This document shows, piece after piece, positions 36,983 to 51,589 of a DNA stretch of 64,000 nucleotides. The stretch is from contig OZ024762.1 in assembly GCA_964016885.1 (NCBI GenBank), positions 12,400,001 to 12,464,000 on the forward strand, read 5' to 3'. The DNA is from Eledone cirrhosa (taxonomy: Eukaryota). Both the position numbers and the translations under genes were made by a program. The notes beneath the pieces were generated by a model. That model saw nothing but the letters and a program-made list of their open reading frames with translations. It searched no databases and had not been told where the DNA came from. Position 1 is the stretch's first letter. Every line of letters begins with the position of its first letter.

Positions 36983-38198
36983 ATAAACTTGTTATAATGT
37001 CATAATAGTTCCTTTGTTCTTTTTCATTAATATTTCTGCTCTGCTTATACGCATAGAGCTTAACTAGCTACCATCGCATATTTGGTAGGTCAGACGTGAT
37101 CATCGCGATTCACATACGACCTACCATACATCATGCTTATATATATATATATATATATGTATATCATCATCATATTCACAGTTTAATATCTATTTTTCCC
37201 TGCTTGCATGGGTTAAACAGATTGTCACATTCTGAGGCTTGGACTAATCAGGTGAAAATTTCTCAAATTCTAGTTTAGTTTCTATGTCTCAGCGACCTTC
37301 CTAACACCAACCTCTTTATAGAGTGGGCTGAGTACATTTTTATCACGGTACCATCACTAATGAGACTATGATATATATATATATATGTGGGGAAAGAAGG
37401 TCACATACCAATATGGGAGATAGAATGTTGAGATAACCTTGATGAGGGACATGATCACTGATTAAAATATTCATGGTGAGACTTGTGTATGTTTAGTATT
37501 AACAGACATGTCATGTATGCCTATATATACACCTCATATATAGGACAACCTGGCTAACCCATGTTAGCATGGAAAATGGACGTTAAACGATGATGATAAT
37601 TGATATTTATATATGTGGGTGTGTATAAATGTGTGTGTGTGTGTATATATAATTATATATATATATAGGGTGTGTATATATAATTATATATATACATAGG
37701 GTGAGGCAGTACCAGTCATTAGAATACTATGCTGTATTTACTGCGTTACACACCAGCCTGTGTTACACACCACCCTGCATTACACACCAGCCTGTGTTAC
37801 ACACCACCCTGTGTTACACACCAGCCTGTGTTACACACCAGCCTGCATTACACAACAACTCATTTGACTCAAATATGTAATAAATATCTCCTTTTCTTTC
37901 AGATTGTGTATGACTGAGTGCAGCCTTCAGTAGTTGAGTGCAGTCTCCTGTAGTTGAGTGCAGCCTTCACCATCTGGAGGATAACTTTTACTTTTTGGAG
38001 GACAGCTTTAATTATTTTGTTGGAGTGCAGCTTTCATCTTCTGGAGTACAGCTTTAATCATTTTGTTGGAGTACATCTTTAATCATTTTGGAATATAGCT
38101 TCCATCTTTTGGAGTATAGCTTTAATCATTTTGGAGTACAATTAATTATTGAAGTACAGCATTGCCTCTCTGGAGTGAAGCTCCACCTAGACGCAGCC

Positions 38199-38377
38199 AT
38201 GTATCGTAACATGGCCCTCACAGAAGACACATTTCTACGTGTCTTACCCCTGTCTGTCACCCGACATTTAGCAAACCTCCTCGACCCCAATGACGTGTGG
38301 GAAATCTTGCTGGAGAATATTCCACTTCATATCGATCAACAGAACTCACCTCCACGATACACAGCACAAGACGCACA
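38199..38377 (+). CDS. IRAK4: IRAK4-like coding exon 1 (death domain, N-half)
   Basis: gcagccATG; MYRNMALTEDTFLRVLPLSVTRHLANLLDPNDVWEILLENIP...PRYTAQDA CA|gtcagt; upstream acceptor candidates at 37902 or 38190. Confidence 0.88.
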
Positions 38378-38542
38378 GTCAGTATTATATTCTCTTTATT
38401 ATACACACACACATATATATACATATATACACACACACACACACACATATATACATATAGACAGACACACATGTATATACTCACATATACACACACACAC
38501 ACACATATATACATATAGACAGACACACATGTATATACTCAC

Positions 38543-38573
<31 letters not shown>

Positions 38574-38914
38574 TATATACATATAGACAGACACACATGT
38601 ATATACTCACATATATATATATACACACACACACGCACATATATATGTATACATATACACACACACACATGTATATACTCACATATATATATATATACAC
38701 ACACACACGCACATATATATATATACATATACACACACACACATGTATATACTCACATATATATGTACACACACACACATATATATACATATATACACAG
38801 ACACATGTATATACTCACATATATATATACACACACACACACACATATACATATAGACAGACACATGTATATACTCACATATATACATATACACAGACAC
38901 ACATGTATATACTC

Positions 38915-38947
<33 letters not shown>

Positions 38948-41900
38948 TATATATACATATACACAGACACACATGTATATACTGACATATATATATATAT
39001 ACACACACATATATATATATACACAGACACATGTATATACTCACATATATATACACACAAACACACACATATATATATAGACACACACACACGCACATGT
39101 ATGCATACACACACACATACATGTATGTATATACACACACACATACATGTGTATATACACATGTACACACACATATATATATACATACAATTGGCTTCTT
39201 ACTAGTTAGGCAACAGGACAGGCAGATGGTGTCAAATACCAAGGCATACCCTGGGGAAGAATGTACCCCACAGCATAGGTTAGTCGTTAGTGATATCTCA
39301 GTAAGCAAGAGATGGAATGAGACATACAGGAAGGTGTGGAGAAGAAAGGTCTGGAAGCTCAAATATTTTTCTCTAAAATATAAATTTAGGAAAGCCCTTC
39401 AAGATGTGTTTGACGAAAAAGAAGACGATTTAGAGTCGTATGACATAGATAATAACTGGAATTTCTTACTTGACAACTTACTGCAGGCTACTGATGAAAC
39501 TTGTGGCTAGATCAGAGCTCCAACCAGACAGAGAGTGACCTGGTGGTGGAACAGCACAGTAGATAAGACCATTAAAGACAAAAGACAAGATATGTAGCAG
39601 GATAGCAGGCAAACTAACAGGTAGGGAGAAATACGTAAGCAGTAGATGTACAGGGAAATTAAACAGTAGAAGTCGCATTGATAGACACATTTTTCAAATG
39701 CAAGCAGGTGCTATAGAAGTGGTGGATAGCTTCCGGTACCTAGGAGATCAGATTAGCATGGGAGGGGGGGGGGGGGTTTCGAGGCCATAGTATCTAGAAT
39801 AAGGACGGGTTGGAAGAAGTTTAGGGAGCTGCTTCCTCTGCTGATGAAGAAGGGTTTCTCCCTGCATACGAAAGGCCGGTTATATGATGCCTGTGTGAGT
39901 GCGCAATGCTGCATGGTAGTGAGACATGGGCAGCAACTGCAGACGATATGCGACGGCTGGAGAGAAATGAGGCAAGCATGCTCCGTTGGATGTGCAATGT
40001 CAATGTGCGTGAATGACCTAGCATGGAATGGATGTGTTAAGAGAGAAACTGTGTCTGAGAGGGATAGAATGTAGTGTGCGAGGGAGGAGACTGAGGTTGT
40101 ATGGACATGTGGTGCGCATGGAGGATGACTGATGGGTGAAGAAGTGCCAGGAAATGCCAGTTGAAGGAAGACGTGGTAGAGGTAGACCACGGAAAACATG
40201 GACGGAGGTGGTGAGAACAGACCTCAGATCGCTGAAGCCCACAGTGGAGATGACGAAGGACCGTGACAAGTGGAGAGATGCTGTGCTGAATAAGACCCGT
40301 CCCACCCTTGCAAGCAGGGAAAAGCGGACATAAAATGATGATGATGATATATCTCTCTCTATATAATATATCATAATAATAAATACAAAGACCAAAATCT
40401 GAAGAGGCCTTGATAAGATTCTCAGAAGATCCCGTTTGGGGTGAAAGCAGAAATTTATTGCTTTATTTTCTAGTCCGTACTAATAATAAATATATAATGA
40501 ACCTCCTTAGTGACGTGTCACGATAAAATACACCCAGTACACTCTGTAAAGTGGTTGGTGATAGGAAGGCCATCCAGCTATAGAAAAGTTGCCAAACAAA
40601 GGGTAAAGAGAACCCTTCAGGCTTCTCAAGGGTACAACAACCTCTCTAGTGTGGGTGACATGATATAATACACCCAGTACACTCTGTAAAGTGGTTGGTG
40701 ATAGAAAAGGCCATCTAGAGTTGAGAGGACCCTTCCGTTTTGTGAAGGGTACAACAACCTCTCTGGTGTTGGTGACATGATAGTGATGATAATGATGATG
40801 ATGATGATAGTGATGGTGATGGGGATAGTGATGATGATAGTGATGATGTTGATAATGATGATCAGATGTGATTTTTTATTTAAGTTTTATTTATTTTGTT
40901 TTGTTTTCTATGTCAGGAACTTCCACGACCAAAGTCGCCGCTCCTCTAAAAGCCCCACCCGAATCATTCTAGAAAACTGGGGGATGCAAAACCCTCGAAT
41001 TAAACATTTACTGAAGGTTCTCAGGGAATCGGACCTTGTCGCTGCTGCTGATTACCTTTCGGTTGATGTTCTGAAGAGTAAGAATCATCATCATTGTTAT
41101 AGTCATCACCATCACCACCACCACCACCACCACCACCACCACACCACCATCACCACCACCACCACCACTATGACCATCATCATCACCACCACCAACATCA
41201 CCATCACCACCATCACCACCACACCACCACCACTATGACCATCATCATCACCACCATCAACATCACCATCACCACCATCACCACCACACCACCACCACTA
41301 TGACCATCATCATCACCACCACACCACCATCACTATGACCATCATCAGCACCACCACCACCACCATCACCACCATCACACCACCACATCACCACCACCAC
41401 CACTATGACCATCATCATCACCACCAACATCACCATCACACCACCACCACCACCATCACCACTGCCATCACCACACTACCATCACCACCACCACCACTAC
41501 CATCACCACCACCACTACCACCATCACCATCACCATACCACCACCAACATCACCACCACCACCACCACCATCACCACCACCACCACCACCATCACCACTA
41601 TCACCACCATCACCATCGCCATCACCACACCACCATCACCACCACCACCACTACCACCATCACCATCACCAACACCACCACCACACCAGCATCACCACCA
41701 TCACCACCACCACCACCATCACCACTATCACCACCATCACCACCGCCATCACCACACCACCACCACCACCACCACCGTCACCATCACCAACACCACCACC
41801 ACACCAGCATCACCACCATCACCAGCACCACTACCACCACCACCAACATCACCATCACCATCAACACCACCACCACCACCACCACCACCACCACTCTAAC

Positions 41901-44900
41901 ATCACCATCACCATCATCACCACCACCACCATCTTCCACAAATTTTTGGCCTTGTATCAATCTTAGAATGAATTATTATTATTATTAATGGTAGTGGATT
42001 GGCAATAGAATCAGTAGAGCGTCGGACACCCTGCTTTGTGTCATATAGTTACATCCCTTTACATTCTGAGTTCAAATCCTGCCAAAGTTAACTTTGCCTT
42101 TCATCGTTACGGGGTCGATAAAATAAAGTACCAGTCACGCACTGGGGTCGATTTAATCGACTTTCCCCTCCCCCAAAATTGCTGGCCTTGTGCCTATACT
42201 AGAACCCATTGTTATTATTATTATTATAGTTGCATTTATCTTGCTTTATGTTCATACAAGTTGTGACCTCAAGAGACAACAAGGTCCGCCATGTTCAAGA
42301 AAGAACATACATACACACACATGCATCTTTAGGTGTTTAGACTTGTGATGTACTTATATTGATAGAATCTTCCTCAGTATATGGGCAGTTCCCATTAGTA
42401 CTATCTTTTGTATTTCTCCTATACCCAGGTTTCCTGTGATTTGCGATAAGTAATCATTAGACCCCTTAGGTATCATTCCTAGAGCGCCTACCACCACTGG
42501 TATTGTTTTAGTTCTCAATTTCCACATTTTTCAAATTTCTATCTCCAGGACCTTATACTTGCTCAATTTTTCAAATGTTTTTATAGATACATTCTTGTCT
42601 ATTGGAACGGACATATCAATTAGCAGGCATACCCTCTTTTTAAAGTCCTTCAGTATTATATCAGGTCTATTTGCAACTATTTTTCGGTTTGTTTGGATGC
42701 TAAAGTTCCATAAGATTGAGATGTGATCTTTTTCAAGTATGGGAGGTGGTTGATGCTCCCACCAATTCTTTTGATGGGGCAGGTCAAAATGCTTACACAT
42801 TATCCAATGTATGTATTGTGCAGCTCTGTCATGTCTGTTTAGGTATTCGGTTGGAGCTATAGGACTGCACATTGAAATCATATGATCAATGGTCTCTGGT
42901 TGTTTTTTTACATACACGGCATAATGGGTTGCATCCATTTTTTATTATGTTGGGTTGGTAATTTTTTGTTGGCAGACACTGATCTTGAGCTGATATAACC
43001 AGTCCTTCAGTCTCCGATTTCAGTCCAGAGGATGCCAACCACTGATGGGTTAAAGTTTTGTCAACATCAGGATTGTTAGCTCTTTCTGGGTATTTTCCAT
43101 ACAGAGGCTTTTCTTGCCATTTCTTAGCCAGTTTCTGTAGCAGTTCTTTCTTTGCAGTTACTTTTACCTGCTTTGCTTTTTCTGTGTTTTCCATTTCAGC
43201 AGTAAATGGGACTTCTGAAATTTGTAGTCCATTAGTGTATCTTTGTGCATCTTTTGTAATGGAGTATGATCTTTTGATGCTTTCGTGTTTCAAAACGAGT
43301 TTGATCATCCAATCATGTGATTCCCTTAGATATGTAGATAATCCAATTGTTGCAGTTTTCAAAGCAATATCTAACTGGATTAATCTACGTCCTCCTTCTT
43401 TCCTAGGGAGATATATTCTATCTGTATCTGCCTTAGGGTGATGCACTCAGTACATGGTTAAGCATTTTCTAATTTTTGTATCGAGCCTACGGATCTCTGT
43501 GCTTGACTAGTTGATGACATTGTAACTGTAGGTTACTACTGGTATGGCATCGATCCTATTCCTTGCATTCAATTCCATTCTTAAGATTGCTCTTACTCTG
43601 CGGCAATATTCCTTCCTTATCCTTTCCCTCATTGTCGAGTGCTTGATTCCGTCTCCTTCACAAACACCTAGATATTTGTAAGCTTCCTCTTGATCAAGTT
43701 CTCTTATCACATTCCCCCGATCAAGATTAATGTCTGAACTTTTCAGCAGCTTTTCTCTGGTGAACGTTGCTTTGGCGCATTTATCTAGTCCAAACTCCAT
43801 TTTAATGTCATCACTGAACTGCTCCACAGTGGATAATAGCCCTTGCAATTGTTCATCATTTTTTGCAAATAGTTTCAGGTCATCCATGTAGAACAAGTGA
43901 TTAATGGTTTTGTCATAGACTTTATATCCATATTTGTTTCATTGAGCATTTTACTTAATGGTATAAGTGCGATGCAGAATAAAAGCGGTGATAAAGAGTC
44001 ACCCTGAAAAATTCCACAATTAATATTAACTTCTCCAGCTTCCAGTGATTTTTTTTTCACTATTCAAAAGGAGTGTCGTTTTCCATGTCTTCATACTGAA
44101 TGACAGGAACCTCCTGACAACGGGAGATATTTTGAAAATCTCTAAACATTTTTCAATCTAACTGTGTGGCAAACTATCGAATGCTTTTTTGTAATCTATC
44201 CAAGCAATTGATAGATTTTTGTGTCTATTATGACAATCTTCCAGTATCATTTTGTTAACCAAAAGCTGATCCTTACAGCCATATGAGCCTCGTTTACACC
44301 CTTTCTGCTCATTGGGAAATAGATCATTTATCAGGTGGTCATATCTATATTCAGTTAGGACTGATGTTAAAATTTTATACATTGTGGTCAAGCAAGTTAT
44401 CGGTCTGTAATTTTGGGGATTGTTTGTCTCATCATTCTTCGGAAGCAGGAATGTAATGCCATTAACTAGCCATGATGGTATCTTTTCTGGCTCATTAACT
44501 ATTTCATTGTAAAGTTGGGCTAACAGCTCATGAGACTCTGTGAAGGCATTTATCCAAAAATTTGGTATTTTGTCTTTTCCTGGGGATTTCCATTTGCTGG
44601 TTTTTCTAAGAGCTAAACGCAACTGTTCAACTGTTATATTTTCCCATATTTGTTCCTCAAGGTGAGCTGTATCTTTCATTTGTCTGTCTATCCATGGGGC
44701 ATGTATATTATGAACTTTTTCTTAGGCCCAGATCTTTTCCCAGAATTCTTGCACTTCTTCTGTGGGTGGTATTGATTTAGCAGTTATTGTTGACTTGCCA
44801 ATTTTTCTGTAGAAGTTTCTTTGGTTGGTTTTGAACATATTATTGTCCTTATAGAATCTAGATCGTTTTTCAAAGCGCCTTATACGAGCAGCTTTGGCCG

Positions 44901-45615
44901 ACACTTTTTGCTTGATTATTTCTATCAGCATGTCTATGTCACTTGTTGATTTTATACTGTATTTTCTTTTCAATTTTCTAAGTTTAGTTTGTTTAACATG
45001 TAGTTTGTTAAAATTTGTAGTTTGTTAACATGTAGTTTGTTAAAATTTCTATGTCAGATCGGAGAAGGTTTATTTGGTGATTGATGTTCTCTTGCCAAGT
45101 AGATTTCTTGTGGGAATTCCTGTTTGTCATTTTCACTCCACATAAGTGAGTGGTAACTTTAGCCGATGCATAATAGAGATGATTTAAATCAATAATGTTT
45201 GTTTAGTTTGTTTGTGATGATAATGTTTTTGAGAATTATGTTAGTTTTATTATTATTATTATTATTATTCCTAGGTTCGTCAGTGAAACGGCTGAACTCT
45301 GCAGTACAAAACTGTAGTAAGTAGTAACAGTTGTTTTACCTCTCCCCCTCCCTCCTCTTCTCTTCCTCCTCCTACCATCCCATTTTTAATGTTACCACCA
45401 CTACCTCTTTACAGAGTGTACTGGCTGTATTTGATTGTGGAACTACACACCCACATACAGACTCAGACATGTGCACACACTATCAGCCACACCCACACAC
45501 ACAGACATACACATGTGCACACACACACACACACATACACATGTGCACACACCCACACACACAGACATACACATTTGCACACACACACACACAGACATAT
45601 ACACCTGCACATCCC

Positions 45616-45654
<39 letters not shown>

Positions 45655-48600
45655 ACCTGGGTGACAAAATCAGCAGTGGTGGAGGGTGCTCAGAAAGTAC
45701 AGTAGCTAGAGTCAGAACGGGATGGAAAAAGTTCAGAGAGCTTATACCGCTGTTGGCCGCTAAAGGTTTCTCTCTAAAAATGAAGGGCATAGTGTATGAT
45801 GCCTGTATACGAACAGCAATGTTACATGGCAGTGAGACATGGGCATTGTGTGCAGAGGATCTGCGCAGACTGGAGAGGAACGAAGCTTGCATGCTCCGTT
45901 GGATGTGTAATAGTAATATACGTGAACAGCAAAGCATAAAGGAACTAAGTGAGAAATTAGGTATAAGAGGGATCAGATGTTGTTTACTCGAGAGAAGACT
46001 ACGTTGGTATGGTCACGTGATGCAGATGACAGCTGTATAAAAAAGTGCAGGGCGATCAAAATTGACGGAAATTACAGAGTAGGCAGACCCAGAAAAACCT
46101 GGGACGATCTGATAAATTCCGACTTTACACACTTGCACCTCTCTAAGACAATGTCACTGGACTGAGATCTTTGGCGCTACGCAGTAATACAGAAAACCCG
46201 CCTTGCCTAAGTACAAAGCGAAACCTACAGTCAGAAGGCACCTCTTAACCAAATATACACCCCCATCCCACTATGCCAACTCCCCCACCCCCATCAACCA
46301 CCCCTTTCTCTGTAAAGTTATGTTGGTGCCACAACATCCAGTCCTAAATAAATGAGGTCGTGTAGGTGTCACAACAAAAAAACACACAGTCCACACTGTA
46401 ATGTGGCCGTGTAGGCGCCACGGTAAAAACCTCCGAGTCCACACTGTAAACTTGGTTGGTGTTAGGAAGGGCATCTAGCCGTAGAAAACCTGCCAGACAG
46501 TCCTATACGAGCAAGACAACCAATCTTGCCTCAAGTGGGACAATTCCCGTCTAAACCCATGCTAGCGTGGAAGATGATGATGGTGATATAATATAATATA
46601 ATATAATATGATATAAGTAACATGTATATAACAACTTCACAGTTAACCCTTTAGCATTCAAACTGGCTGTATCTGACCAGAACTCTCTCACTTCTTTCTG
46701 TTCAAACCGGCTGTAACCGGCTGCTCACACCAAGATATTGATGAGTTCTGGCCAGATACAAAATAAATAACATCAAAATGTCATAGATTCGATTTTATGT
46801 GAGATAATTATAATTATAAAGCCTTTATTGTGAAAATACAATAGTATATATAACATAATGTAAATGCTAAATGATTAAAGGATTAATATTTATTATATAA
46901 TTGACATGTTTCACCAATCTACAGGTGAACAAAATCTAGAAATGCTAGTCCGATACGATATATCAGAAAATTGCAATTTCCAATATTTTGCAGCCTCACC
47001 GTGGTAATCAGCTCTTCAGAGTTTAACAATGTTTATATTTATATATTTACAGCTATGTACAAGGGAGAACCGATGTCAAATGAAAATAACTTTGGTGAGT
47101 CTCTTGTTTTTTATTTCTTTTACTGTTTCTCATTTTGTGTGTGTGTGTGTGTGTCTGTATATATATATATATATATATACAAAATATAAAACAATCAAAT
47201 ATTTGCTTAATACATTTAATTGCTACTGATCGTTTCTTCCAGATAATTGTCTGGAATCATCAGAGCATGCACAATGTTTAAACAAGTAATTACATTCCTA
47301 GTCTTTAGAACATTCATTAAGATACAATATTATTAACAGTGTCAGTGACATCATATTGAAAATCAAGAGTAACAAAATGATATTATAGTGGACAGATAGC
47401 AAAATATTAGGAGCTGTTGTGAGGAGGTTATTACTTATCCCACCGAGGTTATCTTTGCCTTTCATTCTTACGGGGGTCGATAAAATAAAGTACCAGTAAT
47501 GCACTGGGTAATTGCTGGCCTTGTGCCAAAAGTAGAAACAGTTATTACTTAAAGTGATTATAATAAGTATATTATAGAGAAAGTTATGCATAAAGGTAAT
47601 ACAGGTTCAAAAAGATATCAACCAAATACATATTACTTAAATTGATTATAAGCATATTATAGAGAAAGGGTTATAGGGTTAGAGAAAGTTATGTATAAAG
47701 GTAATATATATATATATAACGTTAACTTCTGATGGAGTTATAGGGGTGCATTACTAGGGCTTTATTTTATCAACATCTGAAATGATGAAAGACAAAGTTA
47801 ACCTCAGCGGGATTTGAATTCGGAACATAAAGGGTAAAGCAGTAATGATGCACAATAAAAATAATAATGGAAATAATAATAATAATATTTTCTTTATTCA
47901 CCAGACAAGAATTATACCAAATCTGTGAACTACAATAGCAAAAGAAATATGCCATCTTTGCCCCAGGAACATTGCGAAAGTAGAATCTGTCCAAGTGATA
48001 TGTCTTCCAGTCGAAATTATTCAGAAAGTTCAGAATATACTATGGAAATAAGACCAGTAGAACATGTCTCCCTCTATGGTTCGGCCCCTCAAAGTTCCTT
48101 CCCTGTCGGACAACCAAACCCTAACATGGAAACTTTCTACAAGAAAGCGACAGAGAATGATGACACACCTGCAGTATTGAAAAAACTAATGGACTTACAC
48201 ATAGGTAACTAAACTTACAATGTTGTTGTTGTTGTTGTCGGGGCTGTTGTCGTTGGTGGTGGTGGTGTTGTTGGGGTTGGGTGTGTTTTGTTGTTGGTGT
48301 TGTTGTCGTTGGTGATGGTGCTGTCGGTTGATGTGGTGGTGTTTGTGGGTGGTAGTGGTGGTGTTGTAATCGGTGATGGTGGTGTGGTTGGAGTTGGTGT
48401 TGTTGGTAGTGGTGGTGTTGGTGTTGTTGTTGTTGTCGGTAGTGTTTACTTGTAATAACCCAATGAAACTTAAGTATCTGCATCTACCACTGTTGTAACT
48501 GAATATATATATATATATATGATTATATATATATATATGTGTACTGTATGTATATCTGTGTAGTTTAATGATGACTGCTGTAATGAGTTCTCTCCTTTGT

Positions 48601-51550
48601 TGCCATCAGCCGGAGATGACGACGCATTCAATAAAATAGAATACACCTTACTTGAAGAATTGACCAACCAATTTGATGATAACCATTTACATGAAGGCGG
48701 TCGGCTGTTGGGCAGTGGAGGCTTTGGTTCCGTCTATCTTGGTAAGTCTTCTCTTGCTCTTTAACCTCTTCATTGCTGTAGATGAGATAACTCATCCTAA
48801 CATGTTTGAAGTCGTTTCCAACAGTTCATAACTTCAAAGCTAGGTGGGGTTACTAGTTTATTGATGTGACATTTGTCAATCATTCAGATATGTGTTGTTA
48901 ATAAATGTTTGTTTAAAAAAGTAGTCATTTTACTGAGAGAAAAAAAACCCAGCACAACAACTGTAGCTGTGTAAAATATACACAGCAGTCAACACAGCAA
49001 CTGTAGCTGTGTAAAATATACACAGCAGTCAACACAACAACTGTAGCTGTGTAAAATATACACAGCAGTCAACACAACAACTGTAGCTGTGTAAAATATA
49101 CACAGCAGTCAACACAGCAACTATAGCTGTGTAAAATATACACAGCAGTCAACACAGCAACTGTAGCTGTGTAAAATATACACAGCAGTCAACACAGCAA
49201 CTGTAGCTGTGTAAAATATACACAGCAGTCAACACAGCAACTGTAGCTGTGTAAAATATACACAGCAGTCAACACAGCAACTGTAGCTGTGTAAAATATA
49301 CACAGCAACTGTAGCTGTGTAAAATATACACAGCAGTCAACACAGCAACTGTAGCTGTGTAAAATATACACAGCAGTCAACACAGCAACTGTAGCTGTGT
49401 AAAATATACACAGCAGTCAACACAACAACTGTAGCTGTGTAAAATATACACAGCAGTCAACACAGCAACTGTAGCTGTGTAAAATATACTCAGCAGTCAA
49501 TACAGCAACTGTAGCTGTGTAAAATATACGCAGCGGTCAACAGGTTAATCCTTTAAATTCTTAATCCCTTGACCCTTTCATTACTATATATATATATTTG
49601 GCAACCTTTCCACTTGCCATTGTCTACATACCTCTGCCACTCTGTAGGACGCGAGTCATGTAATAATTATTGCATTCAAATTTAATCGTGGCTAGTGGAC
49701 AACTCAGTCAAATTTCTTTCTTGTTTGAAAATGTTTCCTGGTGATTTGAGATTTTCACATCTCATGCTGAGGTTTACTCAATGAAACTGCAGTAGGGATG
49801 CTGAGTAAATAGGGAAATATTTCTTTATTTTATTTGCGTTTCCCAAATTAATTTGTATATATATATATATCATCATCACCATTTTACATCCATTCTTCCA
49901 TGCTAGCATGGGTTAGACGGGTTGTCCTGCTGTGGGCAGTGTTAGGTCGGGTAACCTTGTCTTGCTCATACGGGAACTGATTCTGGCTTGATTTCTACAG
50001 CTGGATGCCCTTCCTAACACCAACCTCATTTACAGTGAGTGCTGGGTGAATTTTTCCGTGGCGCCTACACGTCCACTTTACAGTGTGGGCTGGGTACTTT
50101 TTAGCCGTGGCACCTCCACGACTAGTTTGCAGTGGGAGGATGTGGGTGCATATTGTCTATATGCTTCAGCTTCGGCTTGTACCCATGGGGGGTCGGGTCT
50201 TCTGTATTACTACGTGACGCCAGAGGTCACAGTCGTGTGTCATCGCCTTTGAGAGGTGTAATTGGGTATATATATATATATATAACAGTGTAATAGTTTG
50301 CTTGCTGCCTTCGTAATAACTCATCTCTGACCGATCCTTTAAGACCTTCACAGGGATACTTCCTTGATAATGGGTTTTAAACCCGAAAATATTTGGGATA
50401 GTTAAATTTGCTACGATAAGATTCTATCGTTATCTTGGCACCTTTAATTTTCTAATGCATTGTATGGCTTTTAAAATTATTTAAATTTATATATATATGT
50501 ATATGTATAATAAAGCCAAAACAATGCAGGTATGGACATAGAATAAAGAATGCAAATGCAAAAGATATTGTTGACAATTAGTCTTTTACCTTAGATTTAT
50601 TTAAATGTCCTTAATTTTCGAGATAATATCTCTTCTTCAGAGGGAAGTAAAGCTATTAAACCAGTGTTCTAAATAGCTTGCCAAGTCATGCTGACAGGAA
50701 ATGGTATAGAGTATCTGTTCTATCTCTAATGTCAAAGAGTTAAGATTAGGTGGATAAAGAGTAGTCTCCCTTTAAAAGGGTTTTTTTTTTTTTTGTACAT
50801 GCCTGTTTAAGTGTGTGGGAGGATGCGTGAAGGTGTAAGTATGTGAGTGTGTGTGTGTGTGAGTGTGAGAAGATATGTCTATATGTCTATGAGAAGATAT
50901 GTCTATATATATATATATATATATAGTGAGTAGTATATAACTATAAAATGGTTACATCTCTCGCTCTCTCTCTCACACACATTATATCTCTCTCTCTCTC
51001 ACACACATTATATCTGTCTCTCTTTCTAGGTATTGGAGGAGATCAGTTTGTTGCTGTGAAACGGCTCTATGACACCACTAACGACCTCGTCAAACAGTTT
51101 GAAACAGAATTAAATGTACTTAAAAAGTAAGACTTTCTTTTCTCATTCTTTTTCCTCTTTATTTATATTTCTGTTGTTATTTTTTATGTTTTGGTCACTA
51201 GAAGAACTTATTGTTCTGGTCCTCTGTTAGGATTTCATTTTGGACTCACCACTGACTTTAACTGTCCACAGAGACACTGCATACTCACATAATTAATATA
51301 TGTGTAGAGACCCCTTTATAACTGTCTACAAACACACAGATTATGTACAAGATCAATATATATATATATATATACCATATTTCCTGGCGTCGAAGACGCT
51401 GCTCTTTTCCTAAAATAAGTCTCAAAAATCTACCATGCGTCCTGGAGGCCGAAGGTTGTTTATTATTTATTTTCAAATTTTTGGTTGTCAAAATTAGGGT
51501 GGGTCCTCAAGGACGAAGCGTCTTCGGCACCGGGAAATATGGTATATACA

Positions 51551-51589
<39 letters not shown>

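Noticed and set aside
38378-39080. C-terminal extension of the 330-aa ORF at 38088
   Set aside because: Read-through past the GTCAGT donor into (CA/TA)n; only 38199-38377 is coding.
40399-40455. Hammerhead-like CTGAAGA / CAGAAGA...GAAAGC
   Set aside because: Core or helices too degenerate to support.
46925-47003. Extra IRAK4 exon (acag|GTGAAC...GTG|gtaatc)
   Set aside because: 79 nt breaks phase, read-through meets TAA, and it leaves only a 49-nt intron before 47053.
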